24,060 nt of DNA from a virus. A program made the translations under genes and the position numbers. Location of the stretch: positions 1-24,060 of IMG/VR virus record IMGVR_UViG_3300033074_001684; one strand, 5' to 3'. The notes under the pieces are model-generated. The model was not told where the DNA came from. It ran no database searches and worked only from the letters and a program-made list of their open reading frames with translations. Shown piece by piece: positions 1 to 9,241 of the stretch. How positions within the stretch are numbered: the first letter of the stretch is position 1; every line of letters starts with the position of its first letter.

Positions 1-686
1 TTTCCGTTGCTAATCAGAGCCGAAGCCGATGCCCCAGTTCCATCTCCATCAATCACAACTGTAGGAGTCAACGTGTATTGCGATCCGGCCAGCCCAACAT
101 CAATGCGGTCAATTGTTCCTGCAACTGCGGCAGATTGTACCTGCCATTGCGTAGATCCATCATTTGCAGTCAACGCCTTCACCGGAACCCATTCTGGGGT
201 AACAAACTTAACAACATCAGCAGATGGAATGGTATACATGAACTTCCATCTGTATCCATCAGATGTACTGATTGTCGTCGTTCCTGTTCCACTAGGCTTT
301 ACTGTAGAAGCTACTCCCCCGCCGTTTGACAAACACTTATACACATTCAATTCATCCGTCACAACGTAAAACGGAGGATTGCCGCTATTCGGGTCGAACA
401 AATCTGCTCCACTAGAATATTGCGTGTAGATCGTACCTGTTTCCCAGTCGTGACGAGCAATTACAAGGCTAGTGTCACTCGCAGCCACCAACTTGGCTGA
501 GAGCATATCATGAAACGCAGAACTTTCGTCATCTACACAATCAACAGGCAGCGGTGGACTGTTGTCATTTGTCCAGGCTTGTGTTCTTCCGATGCACAAA
601 TACATCTTTTGAAGTGGGTCAGAAAAGCCGCTTTTGAATTGGTTAGCGGCATGAACTCTCATGTTGGTTGTAAAAATTGCAGCCAT
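1..686 (-). CDS. gp8: baseplate wedge subunit gp8-like; N-terminal part only, the gene runs off the window start
   Basis: ATG at 686-684 with GGAG 6 nt upstream. The minus-strand frame is open to position 1. Translation MAAIFTTNMRVHAANQFKSGF...IGRTQAW...RHDWETGTIY...SDGYRWKFMYTIP resembles T4 gp8 motifs GRSEPW, RRDWGDTRY and GDGYVWEYLFEIP. It is absent from the ORF track because it is truncated. Confidence 0.65.
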   Translation of the reverse strand, partial: MAAIFTTNMRVHAANQFKSGFSDPLQKMYLCIGRTQAWTNDNSPPLPVDCVDDESSAFHDMLSAKLVAASDTSLVIARHDWETGTIYTQYSSGADLFDPNSGNPPFYVVTDELNVYKCLSNGGGVASTVKPSGTGTTTISTSDGYRWKFMYTIPSADVVKFVTPEWVPVKALTANDGSTQWQVQSAAVAGTIDRIDVGLAGSQYTLTPTVVIDGDGTGASASALISNG

Positions 687-719
687 TGTAATCTCCGTAT
701 TCTATTTAGGCGCACCATT

Positions 720-3700
720 TTAGGTGATATTCATTACGCCTGTCATATCCTGTGTTGCAGTTACCTCAATTCTACCGTCTCCGGTTTGTGTGATTTCAGT
801 TCTGCCCACAACCACACTGCCGATTCCTTCTTGCGTTTGTTGCGATGTTATCTGAACAGCCGTCAAACCAGTTTGTGCGCTTGTGCTAGTATTCTGGATT
901 GCTGCCTTTCCGTTCTGTGTTTTTGTTCCAGAGTTCTGAATTGCAGCTACACCCGTTTGAATTTGTGCAGTTTCTCCTGCCAAGCTCGATACACCAATAT
1001 TGGTTACTGTGGCTGTATTTTGAATTGCCGACACACCAGATTGTGTTTGACTAATACGATGTGTCAATTCAGAAACACCCAACATGGTTTGTATTGTGGT
1101 ATTCTGCAATCTAGTTACACCAGATCTGGTACGTGCGGACGAATTTTGCATCCGTGAAAGACCAGAAACTATTTGCAAAGAAGATCCTGTGACACGGGCA
1201 TCTCCAAACTGTTGTGCTACAGTAGTGATTCTAAGATTAGACTTTCCAAGCAAAGTTCTGGTGGTGGTCTGCTGAATTGCAGATACTCCAGACTCATATT
1301 GCCGTCTCTGGTTATTGATCCAAGTAACTCCAAGTTGTGTTTGAGCAATACGATGCGAAAATTTCGTAGTACCAGAAATAGTTTTCTGTATTTCTTCAAC
1401 CTGGATACGGGTTTTTCCTTTCAACTCACGGTTGTAAGTATCGTGAATAATGACATTTCGTTCTGCCAATAGCATTTCACGCAATGCTTTGTAAATGGAC
1501 TTCACTTCGTAATCAAACAGCGCTCGATCATAGAATAAAGCGTATGCCAAAGTTCCATTGAAATTTCCAATTGCAAAAGTTGCACCTGGAATAGCCTCTT
1601 GCATGAATTTTCCAGCCCCAAATTTTTGCTCTGAAAAATTAGATGGAAGTTGAGGTTCAAAAATGTAATCGTTTGTGCTTTTGCACATATACCATCCAGA
1701 ACTTGTATTCGCCGGAATGATCGGATAGCTCTGAAATCTAGCTACATGTGTTTCGCTATTATTGACATTGCAGTTAATAAGCCCGTTTCTAAAACGAAAC
1801 ACTGCCATGAAAAATGTATCATCTTTAAGAGTATCAGATGGAAACACAATTGTCTTTGTAAGTGTGTTTCCAGTATCACAATTTTGTACACGGAATGCTA
1901 AACCACCAGGACCATAATTAGCATCTCCTAACACGTCAATCGAAAAACCATTGTCTTGATCGGTTTGAATGCAATTGACAATCGACATGTTTTGTGAAAC
2001 ATCAGGAGTGGCCGCAACCACAATCACACTGCACTCCTGCAAATTAACTGGAATGGCATACGTATCGTGGCGAACTGGGAGAGATGGTGCCCAATTGTTT
2101 ACATATGGTGCTGTGTACAAAGGATTATTGTAAGGATTGAAATTCCAAACTCCTGCGGCTGTGCCATCAATGTGACTACTTCCGTCAAAATATAACCCTT
2201 CAGTTACCCAACTACCACCATAATTTCTTCCGTCATAATCCCTACCATCAACGTCATTTACTGGTGTCAAAATAATAGGGCTTACGTTGTACACACGTGA
2301 AGTAGATGCTCCTTCAAGAAAATCATAGCGAACTTGATTTCCTTCGTGCGGGATCGTGCCATTAACAAACTTGGCATAATACTGAGACGTATCCACAACG
2401 ATTGGACCGACAACCGATGTATAATTTGCAGATTCAAAAGATACAATAGCGTCAATATTCAGCTTAGATCTTTGGTCTGGGTTATTAACAATAGATCCAA
2501 TGATTCGATCTTTGAAGTGGACAATTTGTGTGTTGCCGTACACTTCACCGCCAACTACAGTCAGTGGAAATCCAACAAATTTCTGACGGTCCAAAGACCC
2601 GTGAACATTTCTGAAACCCAAAACTAACGGATCATTTGGAATGATTTTCAATTCCTGTGTTTTGCTCAATGTCAAACGTGCATCACATATTTTGGCATCC
2701 AACCAAAGAATGTTTCTGCGAACAAGGTTGAGGAAGTTGTTCTCTGGTTTGCTCTTAATGAGCACCGATCCAAACATCTTCATTCCGGCAGGATGAACAA
2801 GTTTTTTGACAACATCTCTATAGCGATCTACTATTTCGCCAAACCGCAAATCGTATGAGAAATCTTGCCAATAATAGCTGTCTTGAATGATCTTGTTAGA
2901 GTTTGGAAAACTGTCTGGTGTCGTTGGAACTTCACCCATACCACCAGCACGCCCAGGAGTCCACTGGCCACTCGTAGTCCCAATCAAACCCAAAACAGGC
3001 TCAAGAATAGCATTGTGGCCGTTGGCAGACGCAATCGATACTGTTGGTGTCGTAACAAATCCCAATCCAAAATTGGTACTACGTACAGACTTAATTCCAC
3101 CACGAATGTGTGTGATGGAATACTTTGTTGTGCCGTCAGGAATGTCTACAAACGGAAGATCAACTGTAGCAATCTTTGTAGTTCCGTTGTATGATACGAT
3201 GATTCTTTTCTGACCTATTCCAGTTCCACCCACCAAAGCAATTTCGTCACCAACAAAAAAATCATCCGTTGATGTTTCGCTAGAAGACAACAAAATTTGA
3301 TTAGGATTCAAAAGATCGGAATTTGTATACTGTGAGTGTACGTCAGAAAAGAAATACATCCCCGGAATACACACACCATCCTGAGTAAAATCATTGGTTG
3401 TATTAACCGTGTCGTTTGGACCGAAAAATGGTTCCAGGTAAAAGGTGGAAGGTGGAACTTGGCAGCTACCGTTATAATACGTCTGGAAGATAGATGTAAT
3501 TATAGCAGTTGCATCCGACAATCCGCCGCCGCCTGAAATAGTGATTTCTTCTCCAACCAAGTAGTCATTTCCGGGTTCGATAATATCCAAACTCTGAAGC
3601 AATTGATATGCTTGTTCGTAGAGCAATTCGTTGTATGGCTCTTCCAAATCTGTGACTGATCCAAGTTCTGTTTGTGCTGGAGGATTGACAGGGTAAACAA

Positions 3701-4559
3701 TCTTCACTTGTTCTGGCAATCCTGTAGTCGGATCAACAATAAACGTTCCTTCAATATTCGACACCGTAAGCGTCGTAACAATCCCACCGTCGATTACCTC
3801 TTGAACAACAGATTCGACTTTTGCTGTCGCCCCAGACACAACACCAATTATTTTTCGATTGAGGTAGTCAAATGTGTTATCCGTGGTGGTAATCTTCATT
3901 ACCTTTTGAACATACCATCTGGCATCGGATGCACGGAACAAGTCAACCTTTGGGTAGTAAAATTCCACTTCTTGATTGAACAGAATTCTAAACAAGAATC
4001 TGAATGAGTTTTCAGTTCCCTTTGCCCTGTAAAAGTCCTTGATGTGCTTCAGTATGTTTCGCTTATCTGCTAAGATGTTTCCTGGAATCGAATACATAAA
4101 TTCATCTCGCAGATACGAAATGAATTTGTCAATAGTATAATCGGCATCACGGTATTCCAATAGCTTCGCCGGGTGCAATGCATCCCGAATTTCCATTAAA
4201 GTGTTGGGTGGGGGAATATTTGTTACATCCCAAGATTCATACAGTGTTACCACACGAGTTTTTGGATCATAATAACGGATCTTCTTTGTGTGCCCCTTTG
4301 CTGGCCCGTTAAGACACACAATAAACATGTCTTGGTACGCATTGACAATCGTCGCATCCGCTGTATCTTTCAGCGTGATTGTAGTCGGTGATGTCGCAAG
4401 AACTTTTCCACTCCATACCTGTGCGCCATTTGTTTCAAGCCATTCGTAATAGGCTTTCACAAATGCCACAAACATCGGATAGTCTTCCTGGATGAAATCA
4501 GGAATCTGCGACGGTATAAGTTGTGAAATTGTTCTTGGTGATTTTGGAATTGTTGGCAT
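720..4559 (-). CDS. large baseplate wedge protein, gp7-like by synteny (1279 aa), with a C-terminal degenerate tandem-repeat domain
   Basis: Long ORF between the gp6 and gp8 homologs in T4 order 6-7-8. No direct motif recall for gp7, so the product rests on synteny and size. The C-terminal ~180 aa consist of ~13-aa repeats of the form SGVSAIQNTATVT. Confidence 0.5.
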   Translation of the reverse strand: MPTIPKSPRTISQLIPSQIPDFIQEDYPMFVAFVKAYYEWLETNGAQVWSGKVLATSPTTITLKDTADATIVNAYQDMFIVCLNGPAKGHTKKIRYYDPKTRVVTLYESWDVTNIPPPNTLMEIRDALHPAKLLEYRDADYTIDKFISYLRDEFMYSIPGNILADKRNILKHIKDFYRAKGTENSFRFLFRILFNQEVEFYYPKVDLFRASDARWYVQKVMKITTTDNTFDYLNRKIIGVVSGATAKVESVVQEVIDGGIVTTLTVSNIEGTFIVDPTTGLPEQVKIVYPVNPPAQTELGSVTDLEEPYNELLYEQAYQLLQSLDIIEPGNDYLVGEEITISGGGGLSDATAIITSIFQTYYNGSCQVPPSTFYLEPFFGPNDTVNTTNDFTQDGVCIPGMYFFSDVHSQYTNSDLLNPNQILLSSSETSTDDFFVGDEIALVGGTGIGQKRIIVSYNGTTKIATVDLPFVDIPDGTTKYSITHIRGGIKSVRSTNFGLGFVTTPTVSIASANGHNAILEPVLGLIGTTSGQWTPGRAGGMGEVPTTPDSFPNSNKIIQDSYYWQDFSYDLRFGEIVDRYRDVVKKLVHPAGMKMFGSVLIKSKPENNFLNLVRRNILWLDAKICDARLTLSKTQELKIIPNDPLVLGFRNVHGSLDRQKFVGFPLTVVGGEVYGNTQIVHFKDRIIGSIVNNPDQRSKLNIDAIVSFESANYTSVVGPIVVDTSQYYAKFVNGTIPHEGNQVRYDFLEGASTSRVYNVSPIILTPVNDVDGRDYDGRNYGGSWVTEGLYFDGSSHIDGTAAGVWNFNPYNNPLYTAPYVNNWAPSLPVRHDTYAIPVNLQECSVIVVAATPDVSQNMSIVNCIQTDQDNGFSIDVLGDANYGPGGLAFRVQNCDTGNTLTKTIVFPSDTLKDDTFFMAVFRFRNGLINCNVNNSETHVARFQSYPIIPANTSSGWYMCKSTNDYIFEPQLPSNFSEQKFGAGKFMQEAIPGATFAIGNFNGTLAYALFYDRALFDYEVKSIYKALREMLLAERNVIIHDTYNRELKGKTRIQVEEIQKTISGTTKFSHRIAQTQLGVTWINNQRRQYESGVSAIQQTTTRTLLGKSNLRITTVAQQFGDARVTGSSLQIVSGLSRMQNSSARTRSGVTRLQNTTIQTMLGVSELTHRISQTQSGVSAIQNTATVTNIGVSSLAGETAQIQTGVAAIQNSGTKTQNGKAAIQNTSTSAQTGLTAVQITSQQTQEGIGSVVVGRTEITQTGDGRIEVTATQDMTGVMNIT
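780..1330 (-). repeat. in-frame tandem peptide repeats (~39-42 nt period) encoding tGVsAIQnTxTxT units at the C-terminus of the gp7-like protein
   Basis: Protein repeats SGVSAIQQTTTRT / SGVTRLQNTTIQT / SGVSAIQNTATVT / TGVAAIQNSGTKT / NGKAAIQNTSTSA / TGLTAVQITSQQT are seen in the translation. The DNA is rich in cag/acc/ggt periodicity. Confidence 0.55.
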
Positions 4560-4569
4560 CCCTTACCCC

Positions 4570-6372
4570 TTATGCGTTAGCTAACACTGTCACAAAAATA
4601 TCCTCTGGCCGGATATACAAAATGTTATTACGTACTGGAATGATATCGTTCTCCGATGGACTCATTGTCACAGAAATGTTTCCGTCTGTGCCATCGAGGT
4701 AATACGGCATAAACTCCTGAAGAATTATTCTGCCTGTAGTGTAATCAACGGTTCCACAATCCCGAACAACTGCATTCGGCGTGCCGATACGGTGTTGAAC
4801 CATTTGAATAATTCCGTTACTATCATCTTGAAGTGTATAGGTGCATCCGTTTTGATACGGAACCAGCAGTTTAGGATCATGCACCGTCACAAAGCTGCTC
4901 GAAACCAAAGTTCCCGGCTTCACTGCATTATAATAGTCAAGTTGGTAATTTGCGATTAGATCAGAGGTTGGAAGTAAAACCTTCTTCATCGTAATTGTTG
5001 ACAAATTGTTTGTAATGCTCGTTTCACTGTTATCGATGGCAGACAGCAATTTGGAATATCGGAACTCCAGATCAAACTTGTCGAGATTTTCCGTCGAATA
5101 CGTTACAATAGCATCATATGCGGTTGTACGTATGTCACCTTCCGTCTTGAATGTGTTCGCCGGATTATATTTTACTGTACTGTTCACAATCAGGAAAGTA
5201 TAATCTGGGTCAAGAAATTCAGGGATAACAGAAACAACATTGCGCTTCCGAATGATGTTTTGTAGAACTAGTGCTTTAGCTTCTTCGGTAATAACATATC
5301 CCTCTACAGGCTTAATTGAAACGAAAACTTTTCCGTATTGTGGAGGAATATTTTCTTCACCACCCCAAACCGCAACCGAATCAGCATTGGTGTATTGTTG
5401 TTGCACTGTTGTAATATAATCTTTGGCTGTGACCGCTCGACCCTGTGCTTCATAATTTTTGGGCGCAGCGAACCGAATTTCTTCTGTCGTTTCCGCTTCA
5501 AGTCCACCCGCAGCAGGGACCAAAGTCGTCACACTAACCGCACGGACGGGATACCCAGCCACTGGAACATTCGGAGTAAATGACAACGCTCCGTTTGGAT
5601 TTGGACCATCGGAAATGATATAATCAACCACCACGACATTTCCGTCTGTCAATTTTTGACAAATGATACCATCACCAAATTTTACCTCGTACTTCTGGTC
5701 TTCCACTTCTTGCAAAAAGTACGCCTTTGTATCACTCTTCAATTCCAACAAATTATCCGCAAGGACATATGTGGTCAATGTTGTGTTAGATGTCGATGTC
5801 TGTACACGGACAGTAATGGCACGAGTATCGATCTTAGAACTAGGCAGAACAAACCTCTGATTTACAGCCTGAGAATTTACAGTAAACCTATACGTGTATG
5901 CCACACCTTGAATAAGAGTTACATCTGGATAGTTGAACACACCATTTTCAATAGTGGCTCCATACGCACGATCTGTAACAAAGTTGTAGACTGTTCCGTC
6001 AACGTTTGACCTAAATGGTGTATTCTTTTCAATAACTGCCGATGCTGCATTATCTGTAGGGATGATAACGATGCTAACACGAGCTTGCGCAGATGTGACC
6101 GAACGTGGGGTATAATTCAAATGCTTCGCCAAAGAAACCACAGACGATCTCATATTAGCAGAATCCAAGAACATTTCGTTAGCAATCATGTTCATGTAGA
6201 ACGCATTGTAGTGAGTATTGTACGCCAGGATATCAAGAAGCACCGAAATACTAGAACCCTCAAAGTCATAGTCTTTGAATTGTGACTGTGATCGTAAATA
6301 ATCACGTAAAGACGCTTTAAGAGTATCAAAGTCGAGGTAAGTTACGCTCAATTTGGATGTAGAAGTGCTCAT
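4570..6372 (-). CDS. gp6: baseplate wedge subunit gp6
   Basis: 600 aa. The N-terminus ...QFKDYDFEGSSISVLLDILAYNTHY...LRSSVV matches the T4 gp6 motif YDFEGS..NVL.DLLAYNT...LRSSVV. Its position between gp25 and gp7-like fits. Confidence 0.8.
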   Translation of the reverse strand: MSTSTSKLSVTYLDFDTLKASLRDYLRSQSQFKDYDFEGSSISVLLDILAYNTHYNAFYMNMIANEMFLDSANMRSSVVSLAKHLNYTPRSVTSAQARVSIVIIPTDNAASAVIEKNTPFRSNVDGTVYNFVTDRAYGATIENGVFNYPDVTLIQGVAYTYRFTVNSQAVNQRFVLPSSKIDTRAITVRVQTSTSNTTLTTYVLADNLLELKSDTKAYFLQEVEDQKYEVKFGDGIICQKLTDGNVVVVDYIISDGPNPNGALSFTPNVPVAGYPVRAVSVTTLVPAAGGLEAETTEEIRFAAPKNYEAQGRAVTAKDYITTVQQQYTNADSVAVWGGEENIPPQYGKVFVSIKPVEGYVITEEAKALVLQNIIRKRNVVSVIPEFLDPDYTFLIVNSTVKYNPANTFKTEGDIRTTAYDAIVTYSTENLDKFDLEFRYSKLLSAIDNSETSITNNLSTITMKKVLLPTSDLIANYQLDYYNAVKPGTLVSSSFVTVHDPKLLVPYQNGCTYTLQDDSNGIIQMVQHRIGTPNAVVRDCGTVDYTTGRIILQEFMPYYLDGTDGNISVTMSPSENDIIPVRNNILYIRPEDIFVTVLANA

Positions 6373-6800
6373 TATCTCAATCTCTCCAGAAAAACGGATA
6401 CCGTTTGCTGTGCCGTGATGTTTTCGATGTAAAAAGTGACAGTTACATCATATCCATTTTCTTCATAATTGGTCTTTACTGAAACATCACTTAACGTAAC
6501 TCTTGGTTCAAAATTTTGGATCACGTCCTGAATGGACCTCTTAATCGACAAAGCAGTGATGCTCGTAATGTTTTCAAACAACATCGCCATTACGCTACAA
6601 CCGATTTCTGGATGGAAAGGACGCTCATAATGTTTAGTACGAACCAAATTGACTACGGCAGATTTAACAGAATCAGAGTCATAGAGCATACCAATATCCT
6701 TCTTCACCGGATTGGGAAGGAAAAGTAAGCTGAAATCGCTATATCGATTGGAAATGTTCTGCGGCACACTTCTATTTAGTGCGGCAACTTTGGGTTTCAA
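6372..6800 (-). CDS. gp25: baseplate wedge subunit gp25 (GPW/gp25 family)
   Basis: 142 aa. RPFHPEIGCSVMAMLFENITSITALSIKRSIQDVIQNFEPRV aligns with T4 gp25 RPFDPEFGCDLSDQLFENMTPLTADTVERNIESAVRNYEPRI. Confidence 0.9.
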   Translation of the reverse strand: MKPKVAALNRSVPQNISNRYSDFSLLFLPNPVKKDIGMLYDSDSVKSAVVNLVRTKHYERPFHPEIGCSVMAMLFENITSITALSIKRSIQDVIQNFEPRVTLSDVSVKTNYEENGYDVTVTFYIENITAQQTVSVFLERLR

Positions 6801-6823
6801 AGAGATGGAGAGATATACAACTA

Positions 6824-7108
6824 TCAGTTTGCGAAGACGTTAGGAGAACCTTCGGCATTAAAATCTAAGCAAGAAATTGAATCACCAATTCTCGCTACGG
6901 GCTTGTTGTTTACAAAAACATTGGGTGATCCGGTAGCCTGATTTCCATCATGACAGGCAGGGCCGCAGCAATGTACAATCCAATGGTCACCAACTCTGTG
7001 GATTCCTTTGTTGTTGGCAAATACATTTGTGCTGGCGGAATCATTCGGTCTGGCGGGCCAGCATCCGTGTCCGGTGCTTTTGTCGGCAAGTCTAACAATA
7101 GATGGCAT
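6824..7108 (-). CDS. gp5.4: PAAR-repeat spike tip protein (gp5.4-like)
   Basis: 94 aa with repeated SPNVF(A/V)NNK...RIGD motifs and conserved Cys/His, typical of a PAAR domain. It lies immediately downstream of the gp5 homolog, as in T4. Confidence 0.8.
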   Translation of the reverse strand: MPSIVRLADKSTGHGCWPARPNDSASTNVFANNKGIHRVGDHWIVHCCGPACHDGNQATGSPNVFVNNKPVARIGDSISCLDFNAEGSPNVFAN

Positions 7109-7117
7109 CAGTGATAT

Positions 7118-7369
7118 TTACAAAATTACCTTTATCAAAATGCCAACTATCGTTAACGGAAGCACAAATTTCATGAACTTGATATGGTATTTTGGTTCGT
7201 CTACTATCCATATCAGCCACATCAAAATTCCTTGGAACGGCCATGTGCCTAGCTTAACCATAAGCATAATCAAGCTGCCCAATACGATTGCACACAAAAG
7301 GCGAAACCATTTAGATACGATTAGCAAAATAAAGCCCATGCAAATTGCAACTACAGCAAAATCGCTCAT
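7118..7369 (-). CDS. small hydrophobic membrane protein (2-3 predicted TM helices)
   Basis: 83-aa ORF tightly packed between gp5 (ends 7387) and PAAR (starts 7108). Composition is strongly hydrophobic (LLIVSKWFRLLCAIVLGSLIMLMV..). No homology recognised. Confidence 0.45.
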   Translation of the reverse strand: MSDFAVVAICMGFILLIVSKWFRLLCAIVLGSLIMLMVKLGTWPFQGILMWLIWIVDEPKYHIKFMKFVLPLTIVGILIKVIL

Positions 7370-7386
7370 GATTTCATTTTAACACA

Positions 7387-8784
7387 TCAACAATCTTCTT
7401 GCTGAAATTCCTCTGGGGTTGGATCAAACTTTTCTTCCTTTTCAGGGTCAGTAAACGATTCACTACGATTTTCCGTCATTCCCAAAGCTGTTGGAAATTC
7501 AGGAATTACTGGTGATTGTGGAGCAGTTGGTCCGCTCGCTGAACCCTTTCCAGAATTCCAGTGAACTGCCTGGGCATCGCCAGAAAGCGTTCCACCAGCC
7601 ACCATCACAAAATTTCCGCCAGCACTCTGCTTGATCTGCCCACCAGCAAGGTCGTACATTGCGCCGCCTGAATGACGATCACTCGAACCGCCAGCGTGCA
7701 TAGATTCGTTTCCGCCAACTTCCCGCTGGTCGTATCCCTTGATCTTCGTCACCCGGTTGCCTTCAATGTCAGTGTAGTAATTTCCTTTCACCTTTTCGGT
7801 GACATTGCCTTGCACGTGCATATTCAAGTCGCCATCAACCTGGAGATTTGCATTTGAACGGCAATAGATATTGCACTCACCATCAACCGTAACATTCATC
7901 GAATTTTGAAAGTGACTGTATGAATTTTCCATCGTCACTTCAAATTTCTTACCTACAATTTTGATCGTGAGATTACCTTCTGGGTCAATTTCCACACGGG
8001 TGAGTGTGCGATGCGCCATGTGAATGCGTTCTGCGCCAGGAGTATCATCGATTTCTACAACATGGCCGGATTCCGATTCGTACACGTGATTGTACGGATA
8101 TTGCGCATCATAGGCAGATTCCGGCTCTACCCATTTTCTTGTTGGTAAAGGATGCACAAAGGCAATAGGAACAGCACCAAACTCACCCTTTCTGCCTACA
8201 TCTCTTTGCCGTTTTTGAACACCAATGATTGTGTCATCAACATTTTCTGCTCGTGCCAAACGATTAACATCGGATTCCCCAACAATACAACCCCAAGGAT
8301 GCGTTTGTCTTGGATACAAAGAAGCAGTTGATTCTTCAACAAGCTCTGCACCAGAACCATCATTTGGGTAGAACCGACTTTTGATTTTACGAGGTGCAGA
8401 ATCAACTTCGTGGAATGGCTTTCCTGGATCGTAAAACCCGATAGAAGGCTGTGGAGATTCTTCTGGAATTCCTGCCCAAGTTCCCATTATGATTGGCTCT
8501 TGTGCGCTTTGACCGTCTTTAAAGAAACCGAACACCCACGTTCCTTCCGCTGGTCCAGTTGGGGAATGCCCCAATCCATTCATAGCTTGATTCCAGGTAA
8601 TTGGCTGATACACGTAAGCCCAATGCAATTGACAGGTGGGAATCATTTGCTTGTCTTCGGTGTGTGCGCCCAGGACACGTACACGACAGCGTCCTAGTTT
8701 TTGTGGGTCACGGCGATCTTCAACAACTCCAACCCACCAGTAGAAGCTGTCCTTGCCCATGAAGTTTGGTTCTGATTTTGCCAT
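7387..8784 (-). CDS. gp5: baseplate hub / cell-puncturing spike protein gp5-like (OB-fold N-domain plus C-terminal beta-helix; no recognisable lysozyme domain)
   Basis: 465 aa. The N-terminus FYWWVGVVEDRRDPQKLGRCRVRVLGAHT matches the gp5 OB domain (W/FVGVVED..DP..LGRVRVRV.G.H). The C-terminus has VxGxxxxx beta-helical repeats (NVTVDGECNIY..NLQVDGDLNMHVQGNVTEKVKGNYYTDIEGN..). A PAAR gene follows. Confidence 0.8.
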   Translation of the reverse strand: MAKSEPNFMGKDSFYWWVGVVEDRRDPQKLGRCRVRVLGAHTEDKQMIPTCQLHWAYVYQPITWNQAMNGLGHSPTGPAEGTWVFGFFKDGQSAQEPIIMGTWAGIPEESPQPSIGFYDPGKPFHEVDSAPRKIKSRFYPNDGSGAELVEESTASLYPRQTHPWGCIVGESDVNRLARAENVDDTIIGVQKRQRDVGRKGEFGAVPIAFVHPLPTRKWVEPESAYDAQYPYNHVYESESGHVVEIDDTPGAERIHMAHRTLTRVEIDPEGNLTIKIVGKKFEVTMENSYSHFQNSMNVTVDGECNIYCRSNANLQVDGDLNMHVQGNVTEKVKGNYYTDIEGNRVTKIKGYDQREVGGNESMHAGGSSDRHSGGAMYDLAGGQIKQSAGGNFVMVAGGTLSGDAQAVHWNSGKGSASGPTAPQSPVIPEFPTALGMTENRSESFTDPEKEEKFDPTPEEFQQEDC

Positions 8785-8800
8785 CGGATTTATATAGGTC

Positions 8801-8830
8801 TTGACAAAATGAACCGCTTTGTGCTATGAT
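8801..8830 (+). promoter_or_regulatory. sigma70-type promoter TTGACA-N18-TGcTATGAT
   Basis: TTGACA at 8801-8806, extended -10 TGcTATGAT at 8822-8830. An ATG sits 6 nt after the -10 (8837). Same architecture as four other promoters in the window. Confidence 0.6.
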
Positions 8831-8868
8831 TCCATCATGTGTGATTATACGATTATACGTATTCTGCA

Positions 8869-9222
8869 ATGATTACGAAAAACGAAGACGGAACGGCAGA
8901 TATTTGTCTTACGGATATTCCTCCTGAAGCCGTATCAGCTTCCCTCCGACAGAAGCCGACTTTGAAAAGATTGGACGTGAACTACGAGAATATTTCAACA
9001 CAAATGAAACACGTTTTCATTTTCCTTATTCGGGTGTATCAAATCGTCTTCTGGCCGATCCGTCAGCTTGGCTTATGCAAATTTGAACCACACTGCTCTG
9101 CCTATGGCATTCAGGCCATTCAACAACATGGCGCTTTTCGTGGTTCCTGGCTCACGATCAAACGCATTGCCCGATGTAATCCCTTCACATGCGGTGGACA
9201 CGATCCGGTCCCTTTGCGGTAA
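8869..9222 (+). CDS. yidD: YidD-family membrane protein insertion efficiency factor (DUF37); start uncertain, alternative ATG at 9004
   Basis: FLIRVYQIVFWPIRQLGLCKFEPHCSAYGIQAIQQHGAFRGSWLTIKRIARCNPFTCGGHDPVP matches the YidD consensus ..Y...ISP....CRF.PTCS.YA..A....G...G..L...RL.RC.P...GG.DPVP. The 8869 start gives a 45-aa N-extension; the 9004 start gives a typical 72-aa YidD. Confidence 0.75.
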   Translation: MITKNEDGTADICLTDIPPEAVSASLRQKPTLKRLDVNYENISTQMKHVFIFLIRVYQIVFWPIRQLGLCKFEPHCSAYGIQAIQQHGAFRGSWLTIKRIARCNPFTCGGHDPVPLR

Positions 9223-9241
9223 CGTTACACAATCTGCTATA

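Noticed and set aside
7-369. Plus-strand ORFs 7..369 and 78..329
   Set aside because: Antisense to the gp8-like gene, which has clear homology.
510-1472. Plus-strand ORFs 510..1157, 1084..1275, 1173..1472
   Set aside because: Antisense to the repeat-rich 3' end of the gp7-like gene. The Cys/Ser-rich translations are typical of the reverse frame of an S/T/Q-rich repeat.
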